From an uncultured beta proteobacterium (GTDB lineage Bacteria; Pseudomonadota; Gammaproteobacteria; Burkholderiales; JAEUMW01), in assembly GCA_963747225.1 (NCBI GenBank), contig CAVVES010000018.1:257346-321345 (forward strand): DNA of 64,000 nt. The letters are read 5' to 3'. How positions within the stretch are numbered: the stretch's first letter is position 1; each line of letters starts with the position of its first letter. The notes beneath the pieces were generated by a model. It saw only the letters and a list, made by a program, of their open reading frames with translations. It was not told the origin of the DNA and did not search any database. Positions 20,008 through 29,289 of this stretch are shown in pieces. A program made the translations under genes and the position numbers.

Positions 20008-20802
20008 TTACTTCACGAGACTCAGCATGTAGTCCACCGCAGCCTTCACCTCGTCGTCGCTCAGGCTCGCGTTTCCACCCTTGGGCGGCATCGCGCCCTT
20101 GCCCGAAATCGCATGCGCGAAGAGGTTGTCCTTGCCTTCTTTGATGCGTGGTTCCCACGCGGCCTTGTCGCCCGCCTTCGGAGCTCCCGCGACGCCCGTC
20201 GCATGACAGGCCGCGCACGTCTTGTCGAAGATGGCCTTGCCGTCCGCTGCCCCACCGCCCGCGGCTGGCTTCGCGCCCTCTTTCTTGTCCGCAGCCTTGG
20301 CTTCCGGTTCCTTCAGCTTCTGGCCGGATTGATTCGCCATGTAAACGATCGCCCGTGCGATCTCCAGATCGGACAGGGCTGGATTCCCGCCCTTGGGCGG
20401 CATCGAATTCTTGCCCTTGATGGCAATCGCCTGGAGCGCGTCGAGGCCTTCGGCCGCGAGCTTGCCCCATGCCGCGTTGTCCCCGATCTTGGGCGCGCCG
20501 AGTGCGCCGGTGCCGTGACAGGCCGCGCACACCGCCTTCACGACTTCTTCGCCGGTCTTAGCCGCCTGGGTTCCGCCGCCGCCCGCCGCGATCATCACCC
20601 GGCCTACGGGCTTCAACCGCTGGGCGATGTATTCGGGCATCATCGCCGTGCCGTTCGGGTCGAGAATGATCCCCGTGGTGATGAACTGCGTGAGCAGCAC
20701 GATGATCGTGATGGGAACGAGAAAGGCCAGCACCACCACCGTAATGAGCTGCTTCGGCGTCTTGATCGGGCTGTGGTGTTCTTCGATGTGAATCTCGCTC
20801 AT
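20008..20802 (-). CDS. membrane-anchored dihaem cytochrome c (c4/c5-like)
   Basis: 264 aa, N-terminal TM helix, two CxxCH motifs (CAACHGTG, CAACHATG), each followed by MPPKGG. Confidence 0.8.
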   Translation of the reverse strand: MSEIHIEEHHSPIKTPKQLITVVVLAFLVPITIIVLLTQFITTGIILDPNGTAMMPEYIAQRLKPVGRVMIAAGGGGTQAAKTGEEVVKAVCAACHGTGALGAPKIGDNAAWGKLAAEGLDALQAIAIKGKNSMPPKGGNPALSDLEIARAIVYMANQSGQKLKEPEAKAADKKEGAKPAAGGGAADGKAIFDKTCAACHATGVAGAPKAGDKAAWEPRIKEGKDNLFAHAISGKGAMPPKGGNASLSDDEVKAAVDYMLSLVK

Positions 20803-20937
20803 GGCAAGTTCCTAAGGTGGCGGAATCTCGGTACAGCGCTCACTACCGCGCACGCATTATAGCGGCAACGCAACTGCCCGGAAAACCGCGTTGCATGGAC
20901 CGTAGCCGCGAAAAACAATAAAATTAGAGGCAGTTAC

Positions 20938-21014
20938 GCGCCCGTAGCTCAGCTGGATAGAGTACTGCCCTCCGAAGGCAGGGGTCGCACGTTCGAATCG
21001 TGTCGGGCGCGCCA
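20938..21014 (+). tRNA. tRNA-Arg (anticodon CCG)
   Basis: GCGCCCGTAGCTCAGCTGGATAGAGTACTGCCCTCCGAAGGCAGGGGTCGCACGTTCGAATCGTGTCGGGCGCGCCA. Acceptor stem GCGCCCG/CGGGCGC, anticodon loop CT-CCG-AA, T-loop TTCGAAT, encoded CCA. Confidence 0.9.
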
Positions 21015-21292
21015 GAATATTACGAGTTTATCGATCGCGGAGAGCGGTCGAGTTGTGAGAAACGCTTGAAGAGTTGCAACGGGCAGAAGCGCGTTGCTGC
21101 ACCCGCAGAGCGCCTGCGATCAGGTTGTCACATGTGCAGCCAGTCACGCTCGCCTTGAACGCTTCATGCAAGGAAAGGGGCCAGACCCCGGAACGCGCGA
21201 ACGTAACCTGACCGTTGTGTCACGCCGTAGCGATTAACCTGCTACGCTGTTTTGCGCGTCGTGTCAGGCAAAACCGAGCGGCTCTAGTCTGA

Positions 21293-21605
21293 CTATGGTT
21301 TCGTCTTGCTGGCGCTTGTTGACGGCCGAACCAAAAGCACCGTCAGGATCACGTGCACGACGACCGCAGGCCACAGAAGGACACCGGCGAAACGCCCACG
21401 AGGCCGACGTAGGCGAGATACAGCGTGACGGCCCGCAGGCGATCCCCAATGCGATCAGGGCAATGCCGGCCACGCGTGCTACCGGCACGGCGACGCCGGT
21501 CAGTTCCTCGCCCAGCAACAACCGCCCAACGAGCGATGGAACGATCAGCAACGCCGAGCCAGTCGCGGCTTCGCCCACTGCAGCGAGCACAACCGCCTTT
21601 TTCAT
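21293..21605 (-). pseudogene. small multi-TM hypothetical protein, apparently frameshifted twice
   Basis: MKKAVVLAAVGEAATGSALLIVPSLVGRLLLGE...IALIALGIAC in one frame. It continues as AVTLYLAYVGLVG and then FAGVLLWPAVVVHVILTVLL in the two other minus frames. Confidence 0.35.
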
Positions 21606-21729
21606 CGCGTCTGTTTCCCAGCCCTTTCGCGCTCGAGATTCGGTGCGCAGTGGCGTGAAGCTGCTAGCGCTTCGCTGTCGGCGGTGGCGCTCGGCATGCA
21701 TCGCGGCGACGCTGGACACCTGAGAACCT

Positions 21730-23030
21730 CCCCACAGGCGGAGGTCGACTTCGACGAGGTCGACCGCATCCTCGCCGACCTGTCCAAGACTGACTGGACC
21801 ACCGAAGGGGGCGCCAGCGACGCCGGCAGCCGTCGCGAGGATCTGTTGTCCAACTCAGGACTGCCGGTGCCGCGTTCGGGACAGCGTGCCAGTTTCTACC
21901 ACCTGAGCTTCCAGGAGTTCCTAGCGGCGGTGCGGCTGCGCTGGGTCGGCGAGAAACCCCGCGATGTTCTCGCGCAGCACTCCAATACGAAAACTTGGCA
22001 TCGCACGCTCAAGTTCCTGTTCTGCGCCGTTGCCGACAAGGATTCGCCAGAAGAGACGATACGCGGTTACGAATCGCTGCTCTCGCATCTCGAACCGGGC
22101 AGGCTTGAAGCCGAGCCAGTTCCCGCTTTACTGCCGGCAGACTGTCTGGAGGCTGCCCATGCGCGCGGTTGGAATCTCGAGCGCTTCGCCACGGCGCTAC
22201 GCGCAGCCTGCCAGCATGCCCTTGAACATCTCGCCCGCCCGAGCGCGCTCATCTATGGCTCACGCTCGGCGTCCTCGCACTGGACGACCGGCCCGGTGTC
22301 GGCGTGAGAAACGGCGTCCCGGACATTTCCTGGTGCGAAGTGCCCGCGGGCGAATTCAAGTACGGCCACGAGAAGCGAGAAATCTCACTCCCTGCCTTTC
22401 GGATCGCGCGCGATCCGATCACGAACATGCAGTTCCAATGCTCATCGCCGACGGCGGCTACGAGACCGATGCATGGCGGGAAGGGCTCGCCGACCGGCCC
22501 GAAGAGGCGAGACCAGCTGTACCCCCTCCAACCACCCGGGCGAGACGGTGTCGTGGTACGAGGCGATCGCCTTCTGCCGCTGGCTGGACGCGCGGTTGCG
22601 TGGTCGCGGAGGAATCCCCGAGGGATGGGAGGTGCGCCTGCCCACAGAGCAGGAGTGGGAGAAAGCCGCGCGCGGCACACACGGACAGGAATTCCCTTGG
22701 GGCCAACAGTTTGAGCCCGGGTATGCAAACATTGACGGGACACAGGGTCACGCGGGTTCTCACTCCCTGGGCCAGACCACGGCGGTCGGCAGCTATCCCC
22801 AGGGTGTCTCACCCTACGCCGCGTTCGATATGGCGGGGAATGTCTGGGAATGGTGTCTGACCAAGCGCATTGAGCCTCACGATGCATCCGTAGGCGGAGG
22901 CGATATGCGGGTGCTGCGCGGCGGTTCGTGGACCAGCCTCAGTGACTAACTGCTGCTGCACCTACCGCGACGGCGTCACTCCCGACTCCCGCAACGTGAG
23001 CATCGGCTTTCGGGTGTGTTGCGCGCCCCC
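21730..23030 (+). pseudogene. remnant of a STAND/NACHT-like NTPase C-terminus fused to an FGE-sulfatase (SUMF1-like) domain; N-terminally truncated with about four frame changes
   Basis: SFYHLSFQEFLAA (NACHT-type motif) in ORF 21684. Then LGVLALDDRPGVGVRNGVPDISWCEVPAGEFKYG, LIADGGYETDAW, NHPGETVSWYEAIAFCRWL, MAGNVWEWC, LRGGSW and YRDGVTPDSRNVSIGFRVCC are spread over three frames. No P-loop region lies upstream. Confidence 0.6.
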
Positions 23031-23154
23031 CATTTCCTGAGTCACTGGACTCCAAGTCTCTGAGCTGTGATGCGCTGATTGGCTGCGGCTCTGGACGGCG
23101 CCCGCGGGTGGCGAGCAGCCGGTAGAATGCGCGGGTCGCACAAAGGAGTCCGGG

Positions 23155-23592
23155 ATGGAGAGAAAGCTCGTCGCTGCTGGTTTGTTCATGGCCATCGCCG
23201 GTTTGCCGGTGAGCACCACGGCCGCGCAGCCTGCCAATCCGCCCATCGAGGTTATCGGCGAATCGTCGGGGCCGCCGCCGCAGCCGATCTGCGAAGGTCC
23301 ATCCTGCGCGACGGTGCTGTCGATCTGGTATCAGGGAAAAGAGTGGGTGCCGGTCGCAGGAGTGGATGGCCCGGGGACCTATGTCGGCGCGGCGGAGGGG
23401 ATCGCTGTCGGTCCGCCCATCGCGCCGGTCTTCATCGGCGAAGCTGCCGTCGACAAGGACGAGAACATCTGGTCGATCACCGTCCGCTTCCGGAACGGAG
23501 AGATGGAGACGATCCCCCAGAACTTCCCGCCGCTCTTCCAGCGCGGCGACTGGGTGTTCGTCGAGGGCAACACGATCCGCTTCGCGCAGTGA
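23155..23592 (+). CDS. hypothetical secreted protein
   Basis: 145 aa with signal-peptide-like N-terminus (LVAAGLFMAIAGLPVSTTAAQ). No recognisable family. Confidence 0.45.
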   Translation: MERKLVAAGLFMAIAGLPVSTTAAQPANPPIEVIGESSGPPPQPICEGPSCATVLSIWYQGKEWVPVAGVDGPGTYVGAAEGIAVGPPIAPVFIGEAAVDKDENIWSITVRFRNGEMETIPQNFPPLFQRGDWVFVEGNTIRFAQ

Positions 23593-23684
23593 GGTCGGCG
23601 AAGCGACTCACGGCTGCATTTGCTGCCCGCAGCAAAAACCCTTACCCTGCGCTGCTTTTCCCCCAGCCAAGGAGCTACGTACCC

Positions 23685-24542
23685 ATGATTCGCACAGCCG
23701 TGCTTGCCGTCACCCTGTTGATCGCCCCTGTCTTCGCGTCGGCCCAGGCGCTCGATGGCCACCTGAAGAAGATCAAGGACTCCAAGACCGTATCGATCGC
23801 CTATCGCAGCGACGCCATACCGTTTTCGTTCGCCGACGGCTCGAAGGAGCCCACCGGCTACAGCATCGAGCTGTGCCGCCGTGTCGTGGCAGCGATCGCC
23901 CAGCAGCTCGGTGTGGAAGGCATCCAGATCAAATGGGTGCCGGTCACCGTTCAAACCCGCATGGAAGCAGTCGCAAAGGGTCAGGCGGAAATGGAATGCG
24001 GTTCCACCACGGTGACGCTTTCCCGCCTCAAGCAGGTCAACTTCTCCAGCTTCACCTTCGTCGACGGCACCGGGCTCCTCATCCGTGCCGACTCGACGGC
24101 GCGCGGAGTCACCGATCTTGCCGGCAAGAAGATCGGAGTGATTCCTGGCACGACCAACGAGAAGGCGGTGAACGAAGCGCTCAAGCGCAACGTGGTCAAC
24201 GCGACCATCGTACCGGTGAAAAACCGCGAGGAAGGCCTGACCAAGCTCGAAGAGGGCGAGATCGATGCCTTCGCCAGCGACAAGGTGCTGCTGATGGCGC
24301 TAGCACCGAAGGCAAAGGATCCGAAGAAGATCGCCCTGCTGACCGAGGACCTGTCGTTCGAACCCTATGCGATCACGCTGCCGCGGAACGATGACAACTT
24401 CCGGCTCGCGGTGAACGCGGCGCTCGCGCAGATCTACCGCAGCGGCCAGATCGTGGAAATCTTCCAGCGCTGGTTCGGCGGCATCGGCAAGCCCGGTGTC
24501 ATGCTCGAGGCGAACTTCATCTTCGGCGCAATCCCCGAATAG
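23685..24542 (+). CDS. amino-acid ABC transporter substrate-binding protein (family 3)
   Basis: Internal ATG of ORF 23079..24542 preceded by AAGGAG. Signal peptide MIRTAVLAVTLLIAPVFASAQA; SIAYRSDAIPFSF, ECGSTTVT. Confidence 0.8.
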   Translation: MIRTAVLAVTLLIAPVFASAQALDGHLKKIKDSKTVSIAYRSDAIPFSFADGSKEPTGYSIELCRRVVAAIAQQLGVEGIQIKWVPVTVQTRMEAVAKGQAEMECGSTTVTLSRLKQVNFSSFTFVDGTGLLIRADSTARGVTDLAGKKIGVIPGTTNEKAVNEALKRNVVNATIVPVKNREEGLTKLEEGEIDAFASDKVLLMALAPKAKDPKKIALLTEDLSFEPYAITLPRNDDNFRLAVNAALAQIYRSGQIVEIFQRWFGGIGKPGVMLEANFIFGAIPE

Positions 24543-24553
24543 CGATCGCCCTT

Positions 24554-24596
24554 CCTGAACGGCGTCAAGGCGGTCGCGCCTTCGACGCCGTTCAGG
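24554..24596. terminator. long hairpin between convergent genes (candidate bidirectional terminator)
   Basis: 13-bp perfect arms CCTGAACGGCGTC / GACGCCGTTCAGG around an internally palindromic spacer. No clear U-tract. Confidence 0.4.
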
Positions 24597-25740
24597 CCCT
24601 GACTTCGAGTCCCAGCGCGACGCGCCCGGCAAAGTCCCGCTGCGCGCCTTCCTGCAACGGGTGAAAGCGTGCGGCCTGGGCGTCGCGGAACAGCCGCTCG
24701 AGCCCGACGCTGCGATAGAACCCGCTGCCTCCCGCGGCTTCGAGCGCGAGGTCGACGAGCTTCAGCACCGAACGGGCAACGAGCGTTCGCCCGATCATGA
24801 CCCGGTTGGTGGTTTCAACCCCCGGCTTGTTGGTCGCCGCTGCGGCAAACATCTCCGCCAGCGCGAGCTTTGCGGCCGCAAGCTCGTTTTCGATGCCACC
24901 GACCAGATGGACGAGATGATCGGCGGCGCGGCGCTTTTCCGCCTGCCGCAGCGCCACGTCCCGCGCTGCCTGCGCCACACCGACGTACGCGGAATAGATG
25001 AGGGGCATCGCGATCATGGAGATGACGTGAAAGAGCGGGTGCCACTTCCCCTGCGGACGCATGCCGCTGATGCCGGCGTCGGCGACGAACACGTTGTCGA
25101 GCGCGATGTCATGGGAGCCGGTTCCGCGCATGCCGAGCGCGCTCCAGGTCGGAACGATCTCCACGCCGAGCGCATCCATCGGAACGGCGAAATGCAGCAC
25201 CGTCGGGCCGGCTTGCGGATCGTCGTGCACGGCGCTCGTCATGAGCAGGTTGCCCGCCGGCGCGCCGCTCGCGAAGATCTTGCGCGCATTGATGCGGAAG
25301 CCGCCGTCCACCCGCGTCGCCGTTCCCGAGCTCTGCAGCCAGTCCGAGCCGCCGCTCGAAAGAATCACGATGCGCTCGGTCGCAACGCGTTTCAGCAGTC
25401 GCTCCACGGGAGCCTGCTGGTGACGCCAACGCCACGCGGCGGTCGCCACCTGATGGGTGTGCATGGCGAAAGCGAGCGCGGTCGAACCGCAGTGGCGACC
25501 GATCTCCTGCAAGATAGCACCGAGCTCGGCATGGCTGGCACCGCCGCCGTCCAGCTCCGCCGGCACCCCGGCCGCGACGAGACCCGACGCCTTCAATTCG
25601 GCGAAGTTCTCGCTCACGAACAGGTCTTCATCGTCCGCTGCCGCCGCCCGCGCCGCGAAACGCGCTGCATGCTGACGTGCGACCGAGAGCCAGTCCGCGC
25701 TCTTCCTTGCGGCTACCGAACGCATTGCCGTCGTTTCCAT
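24592..25740 (-). CDS. acyl-CoA dehydrogenase family protein
   Basis: About 382 aa from the internal ATG (METTAMRS...). C-terminal GGSGFYRSVGLERLFRDAQAARFHP is typical of the ACAD fold. Confidence 0.7.
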   Translation of the reverse strand: METTAMRSVAARKSADWLSVARQHAARFAARAAAADDEDLFVSENFAELKASGLVAAGVPAELDGGGASHAELGAILQEIGRHCGSTALAFAMHTHQVATAAWRWRHQQAPVERLLKRVATERIVILSSGGSDWLQSSGTATRVDGGFRINARKIFASGAPAGNLLMTSAVHDDPQAGPTVLHFAVPMDALGVEIVPTWSALGMRGTGSHDIALDNVFVADAGISGMRPQGKWHPLFHVISMIAMPLIYSAYVGVAQAARDVALRQAEKRRAADHLVHLVGGIENELAAAKLALAEMFAAAATNKPGVETTNRVMIGRTLVARSVLKLVDLALEAAGGSGFYRSVGLERLFRDAQAARFHPLQEGAQRDFAGRVALGLEVRA

Positions 25741-25890
25741 CGTTTTTCCTCCATCGGTTGTGCCGGGCCGGAAGCGGTGTTCACCGTCCACCACTTACTC
25801 GCCACGGGTGCTAGTATCGGGCCGGGACCGCGATCCGTTAATGACTGATCGTCCAGACTGTTTGCGCGAAACACCGCTTCGATCGAAACC

Positions 25891-26859
25891 ATGGATGCGC
25901 TCTCCGACGTGCTGCGGCTCGTGCGCCTGACGGGCGCGGTATTCCTCCACGGTGAGCTGTCGGCCCCATGGGGACTTAGCGCGCCTTCGGCAAGCGCTGC
26001 CGAGCACCACCTCGTTTACTACCATCTCGTCACCGAAGGAACGTGCGTCGCGATCATGCCCGGCGCCGATCCCGTGCGTCTCACCGCGGGCGACGTGGTG
26101 ATACTGCCGCACGGCGATTCTCACGTCATGGCGAGCGCTGCACAGGTGACACCGGTGCCCACCTGGGAGGTGTACACACAGCCGCAGCCGGGCGAAGTGG
26201 TGGGGTTGCGCTACGGAGGCGGCGGAGCCACGACGCAGGTCGTGTGCGGTTTCCTCGAATGCGAGAAGCGCCAGTCGAATCCCCTGCTCGACGCATTGCC
26301 GCCGATCCTGCGCGTCAACGTGCGGTTGGACCCCACCGCGAACTGGATCGAGACGTCCCTGCGCTTCGGCGCGTCCGAGTCGGCGGCGCAGCGCGCCGGC
26401 GGCGCGACGGTGCTCGCGAAGCTGTCGGAGCTGCTGTTCGTGGAAGCGGTGCGCCGCTACACCGAATCGCTCCCCGCCGAGCAGACCGGCTGGCTCGCGG
26501 GCTTGCGCGACCGCTTCGTCGGACGTGCGCTCACGCTCACGCACGCGCACTCCGAACGCGCGTGGACCGTCGAGGAGCTTGCCAGGGAGGTCGGCCTTTC
26601 CCGGTCCGCGCTCGCGGAACGGTTCACCCAGTTCGTCGGCCAGCCGCCGATGCAGTACCTGACCCGGTGGCGCCTGCACGTAGCCGCCACGTTACTTCGT
26701 TCACGCGGGCTGAGCGTCGCCCAGATCGCGGAGCAGACCGGCTACGAGTCGGAAGCCGCGTTCAATCGGGCGTTCAAGCGCGAGATCGGCATCCCGCCCG
26801 CGGCCTGGCGCCGCAGCGGTGGCGGAGCGGTAGTTGGCACATCCACGGCCCGACCGTGA
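25891..26859 (+). CDS. AraC-family transcriptional regulator with cupin-like N-terminal domain
   Basis: 322 aa, C-terminal HTH pair (WTVEELAREVGLSRSALAERF... SVAQIAEQTGYESEAAFNRAFKREIG). Divergent from the ACAD gene. Confidence 0.8.
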   Translation: MDALSDVLRLVRLTGAVFLHGELSAPWGLSAPSASAAEHHLVYYHLVTEGTCVAIMPGADPVRLTAGDVVILPHGDSHVMASAAQVTPVPTWEVYTQPQPGEVVGLRYGGGGATTQVVCGFLECEKRQSNPLLDALPPILRVNVRLDPTANWIETSLRFGASESAAQRAGGATVLAKLSELLFVEAVRRYTESLPAEQTGWLAGLRDRFVGRALTLTHAHSERAWTVEELAREVGLSRSALAERFTQFVGQPPMQYLTRWRLHVAATLLRSRGLSVAQIAEQTGYESEAAFNRAFKREIGIPPAAWRRSGGGAVVGTSTARP

Positions 26860-27694
26860 ACGGGAACTGGCGCCGCCAGGGTGGCGGGCCGAACTGCATC
26901 TGAATTACGCGCGCCGCGACACGCGGACAGTGCTCGCAGCGCGCAGGCACTGCGGTCCCCTGGCGGTGCAGAAGAGCCTGTATCCGGAAGGCGATGGGGT
27001 TTGCCACAACGTAGTGCTACATCCTCCGGCTGGTGTCGTAGGCGGCGACGAATTACTGATCGAGGCACAGTTCGAAACGGGCTCGCACGCGGTGCTCACC
27101 ACGCCCGGTGCGTCCAAGTGGTATCGCTCTCCTGGCATTTCCGCCCTTCAGGATCTACGCTTCCACGTCGCTTCCGGCGCGACCCTCGAATGGCTGCCCC
27201 AGGAGACGATTCTGTTCGACGGGGCCCACGCGCGCCTGCGCACCGAGGTGCTGCTGGACCCTGGCGCGCGCTATCTCGGATGGGAAGTGATCTGCCTCGG
27301 CCGGCGCGCGAGCGGCGAAGCATTCGCGAGCGGCTGCCTCGCACAGGTTACCGAGGTGCGATGCGCGAACCGGCCGCTGTGGCTGGAGCGCGGCAGACTC
27401 ACGGGCGGCGATCCGCTGCTGCGTTCGGTGATCGGCGTGGCCGGCTTCAGCGTCGTCGGCACCTTCGTGGCGGCGGGAAGCGCGCCTCCGCCTGAACTCA
27501 TCGCGGCTCTGAGAACCCTGCGCCGCACCGGGGACGACCGGTTCGCGGTCACGGCGTTGCGCGGCGTCGTCATCGCCCGCTATCTCGGCCACTCCGCCGA
27601 GCAGGCCCGGCAGCGTTTCGTCGAAACCTGGGAGATCCTGCGCCCCGCCCTCGTCGGGCGTCCGGCTCAACTGCCCCGCATCTGGCGCACTTGA
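26834..27694 (+). CDS. ureD: urease accessory protein UreD
   Basis: WRAELHLNYARRD..., HPPAGVVGGDEL, LTTPGASKWYRS. Start is uncertain: no in-frame ATG nearby, and TTG 26834 overlaps the araC-type gene end. Confidence 0.8.
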   Translation: MAHPRPDRERELAPPGWRAELHLNYARRDTRTVLAARRHCGPLAVQKSLYPEGDGVCHNVVLHPPAGVVGGDELLIEAQFETGSHAVLTTPGASKWYRSPGISALQDLRFHVASGATLEWLPQETILFDGAHARLRTEVLLDPGARYLGWEVICLGRRASGEAFASGCLAQVTEVRCANRPLWLERGRLTGGDPLLRSVIGVAGFSVVGTFVAAGSAPPPELIAALRTLRRTGDDRFAVTALRGVVIARYLGHSAEQARQRFVETWEILRPALVGRPAQLPRIWRT

Positions 27695-27850
27695 TCGACG
27701 AGCCCGTGGTGCCTCCGCACCAATAGCGGGCGCGGCAAGGGTAACGGCTGACAAGCGTGCACCACCATCGAGCCGCATCTCTCGCGCCGAGGACCTTCAG
27801 AGCATCGATTTCAAGCTTCAACGTATTGGTAAATAAAGGCTTCATCCCTC

Positions 27851-27866
27851 CGGCACGGCTCCTGCT
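27851..27866 (+). promoter_or_regulatory. candidate sigma-54 (-24/-12) promoter upstream of urtA
   Basis: cGGCACGgctccTGCt with GG-N10-GC spacing, about 85 nt upstream of the urtA ATG. A TGGTGC-N4-GCACCA palindrome at 27707-27722 and a TGCACCA half-site near 27758 lie upstream (NtrC-like). Confidence 0.4.
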
Positions 27867-27947
27867 GACGGCCCGGTCGCTGCGGGCGGGGACCCCGTTT
27901 GCCCCGTTGCCATCCGATCTCTGCCACATCTCAACCAAGGACCAAGA

Positions 27948-29213
27948 ATGATACGAAGGGATTCTCTGTGGCGGCTCGCGGTCGCCAGCTGGTTCGGCCT
28001 GCTGTGCGGGCTCTCGCCGGTGCGTGCGGCCGACACCATCAAGGTGGGCGTGCTCCACTCCCTGTCCGGGACCATGGCGATCAGCGAAACCGCGCTCAAG
28101 GAAATGGCGCTGATGACCATCGACGAAATCAACTCGAAGGGCGGCGTGCTCGGCAAGAAGCTCGAGCCGGTGGTGGTCGACCCGGCCTCGAACTGGCCGC
28201 TCTTCGCAGAGAAGGCGCGCCAGCTCCTCACTCAGGACAAGGTCGCAGTCGTATTCGGATGCTGGACTTCGGTGTCGCGCAAGTCGGTGCTGCCGGTGTT
28301 CGAGGAATTGAACGGCCTGCTCTTCTACCCCGTGCAGTACGAGGGTGAAGAGCTGTCCAAGAACGTGTTCTACACCGGTGCCGCGCCCAACCAGCAGGCG
28401 ATTCCAGCGGTGGAGTACCTCATGAGCAAGGAGGGCGGCGGCGCCAAGCGCTGGGTGCTGCTCGGCACCGACTACGTCTACCCGCGCACGACGAACAAGA
28501 TCCTGCGCGCATTCCTGAAGTCGAAGGGCGTGGACGAGAAGGACATCGACGAGAAGTACACGCCGTTCGGCCACAGCGACTACCAGACCATCGTCGCGGA
28601 CATCAAGAAGTTCGCCGCCGGCGGCAAGACGGCCGTGGTCTCGACCATCAACGGCGACTCGAACGTGCCCTTCTACAAGGAGCTCGGCAACCAGGGCCTG
28701 AAGGCGACCGACGTGCCGGTGGTTGCGTTCTCGGTCGGCGAAGAGGAGCTGCGCGGCATCGATACCAAGCCGCTCGTGGGGCACCTCGCGGCGTGGAACT
28801 ACTTCATGTCGCTGAAGAACCCGGTGAACGACGAATGGAAGAAGCGATGGGCCGCATTTGCCAAGGCGAAGAAGCTTCCCGGTGCCGACAAGCCCATCAC
28901 CAATGACCCGATGGAGGCAACCTACGTTGGTATGTGGATGTGGAAACAAGCAGTCGAGAAAGCGAAGACGACCGACGTCGACAAGGTGATCGTGGCGATG
29001 GCCGGCCAGTCTTTCCCCTCGCCCAACGGTTTCACGATGAAGATGGACGAGAAGAACCACCACCTGTGGAAGCCGGTGTACATCGGCGAGATCCAGGCAA
29101 ACGGCCAGTTCAACGTGGTGTGGAAAGACCCGAAGGGACTGGTGCGCGCGCAGCCATGGAGCCCGTTCATCGCCGGCAACGACAAGAAGAAGGACGAGCC
29201 CGAGAAGAAGTGA
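27948..29213 (+). CDS. urtA: urea ABC transporter substrate-binding protein
   Basis: 421 aa, signal peptide, IKVGVLHSLSGTMAISE, followed by urtBCDE. Confidence 0.9.
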   Translation: MIRRDSLWRLAVASWFGLLCGLSPVRAADTIKVGVLHSLSGTMAISETALKEMALMTIDEINSKGGVLGKKLEPVVVDPASNWPLFAEKARQLLTQDKVAVVFGCWTSVSRKSVLPVFEELNGLLFYPVQYEGEELSKNVFYTGAAPNQQAIPAVEYLMSKEGGGAKRWVLLGTDYVYPRTTNKILRAFLKSKGVDEKDIDEKYTPFGHSDYQTIVADIKKFAAGGKTAVVSTINGDSNVPFYKELGNQGLKATDVPVVAFSVGEEELRGIDTKPLVGHLAAWNYFMSLKNPVNDEWKKRWAAFAKAKKLPGADKPITNDPMEATYVGMWMWKQAVEKAKTTDVDKVIVAMAGQSFPSPNGFTMKMDEKNHHLWKPVYIGEIQANGQFNVVWKDPKGLVRAQPWSPFIAGNDKKKDEPEKK

Positions 29214-29289
29214 TCCGCTAATTCGAAGGCGGCAACGGGCGAAGCGTTCAGCTCGCCGCCCGGCGCCCCGCACCTTCGGCGCGTCTCTG

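Noticed and set aside
19832-20530. N-terminal extension of the apaH ORF (508 aa) translating the 8-bp repeat as HPLTPSPP repeats
   Set aside because: ApaH homology starts at MSIYAVGDIQGC (19831). The extension crosses a terminator and is antisense to the cytochrome c gene, and the repeat unit is not a multiple of 3.
23133-23141. GGGTCGCAC match to the tRNA-Arg T-arm as the far att site of an islet
   Set aside because: A 9-bp match is too short to be significant on its own. It is mentioned only as a weak hint in the tRNA-Arg finding.
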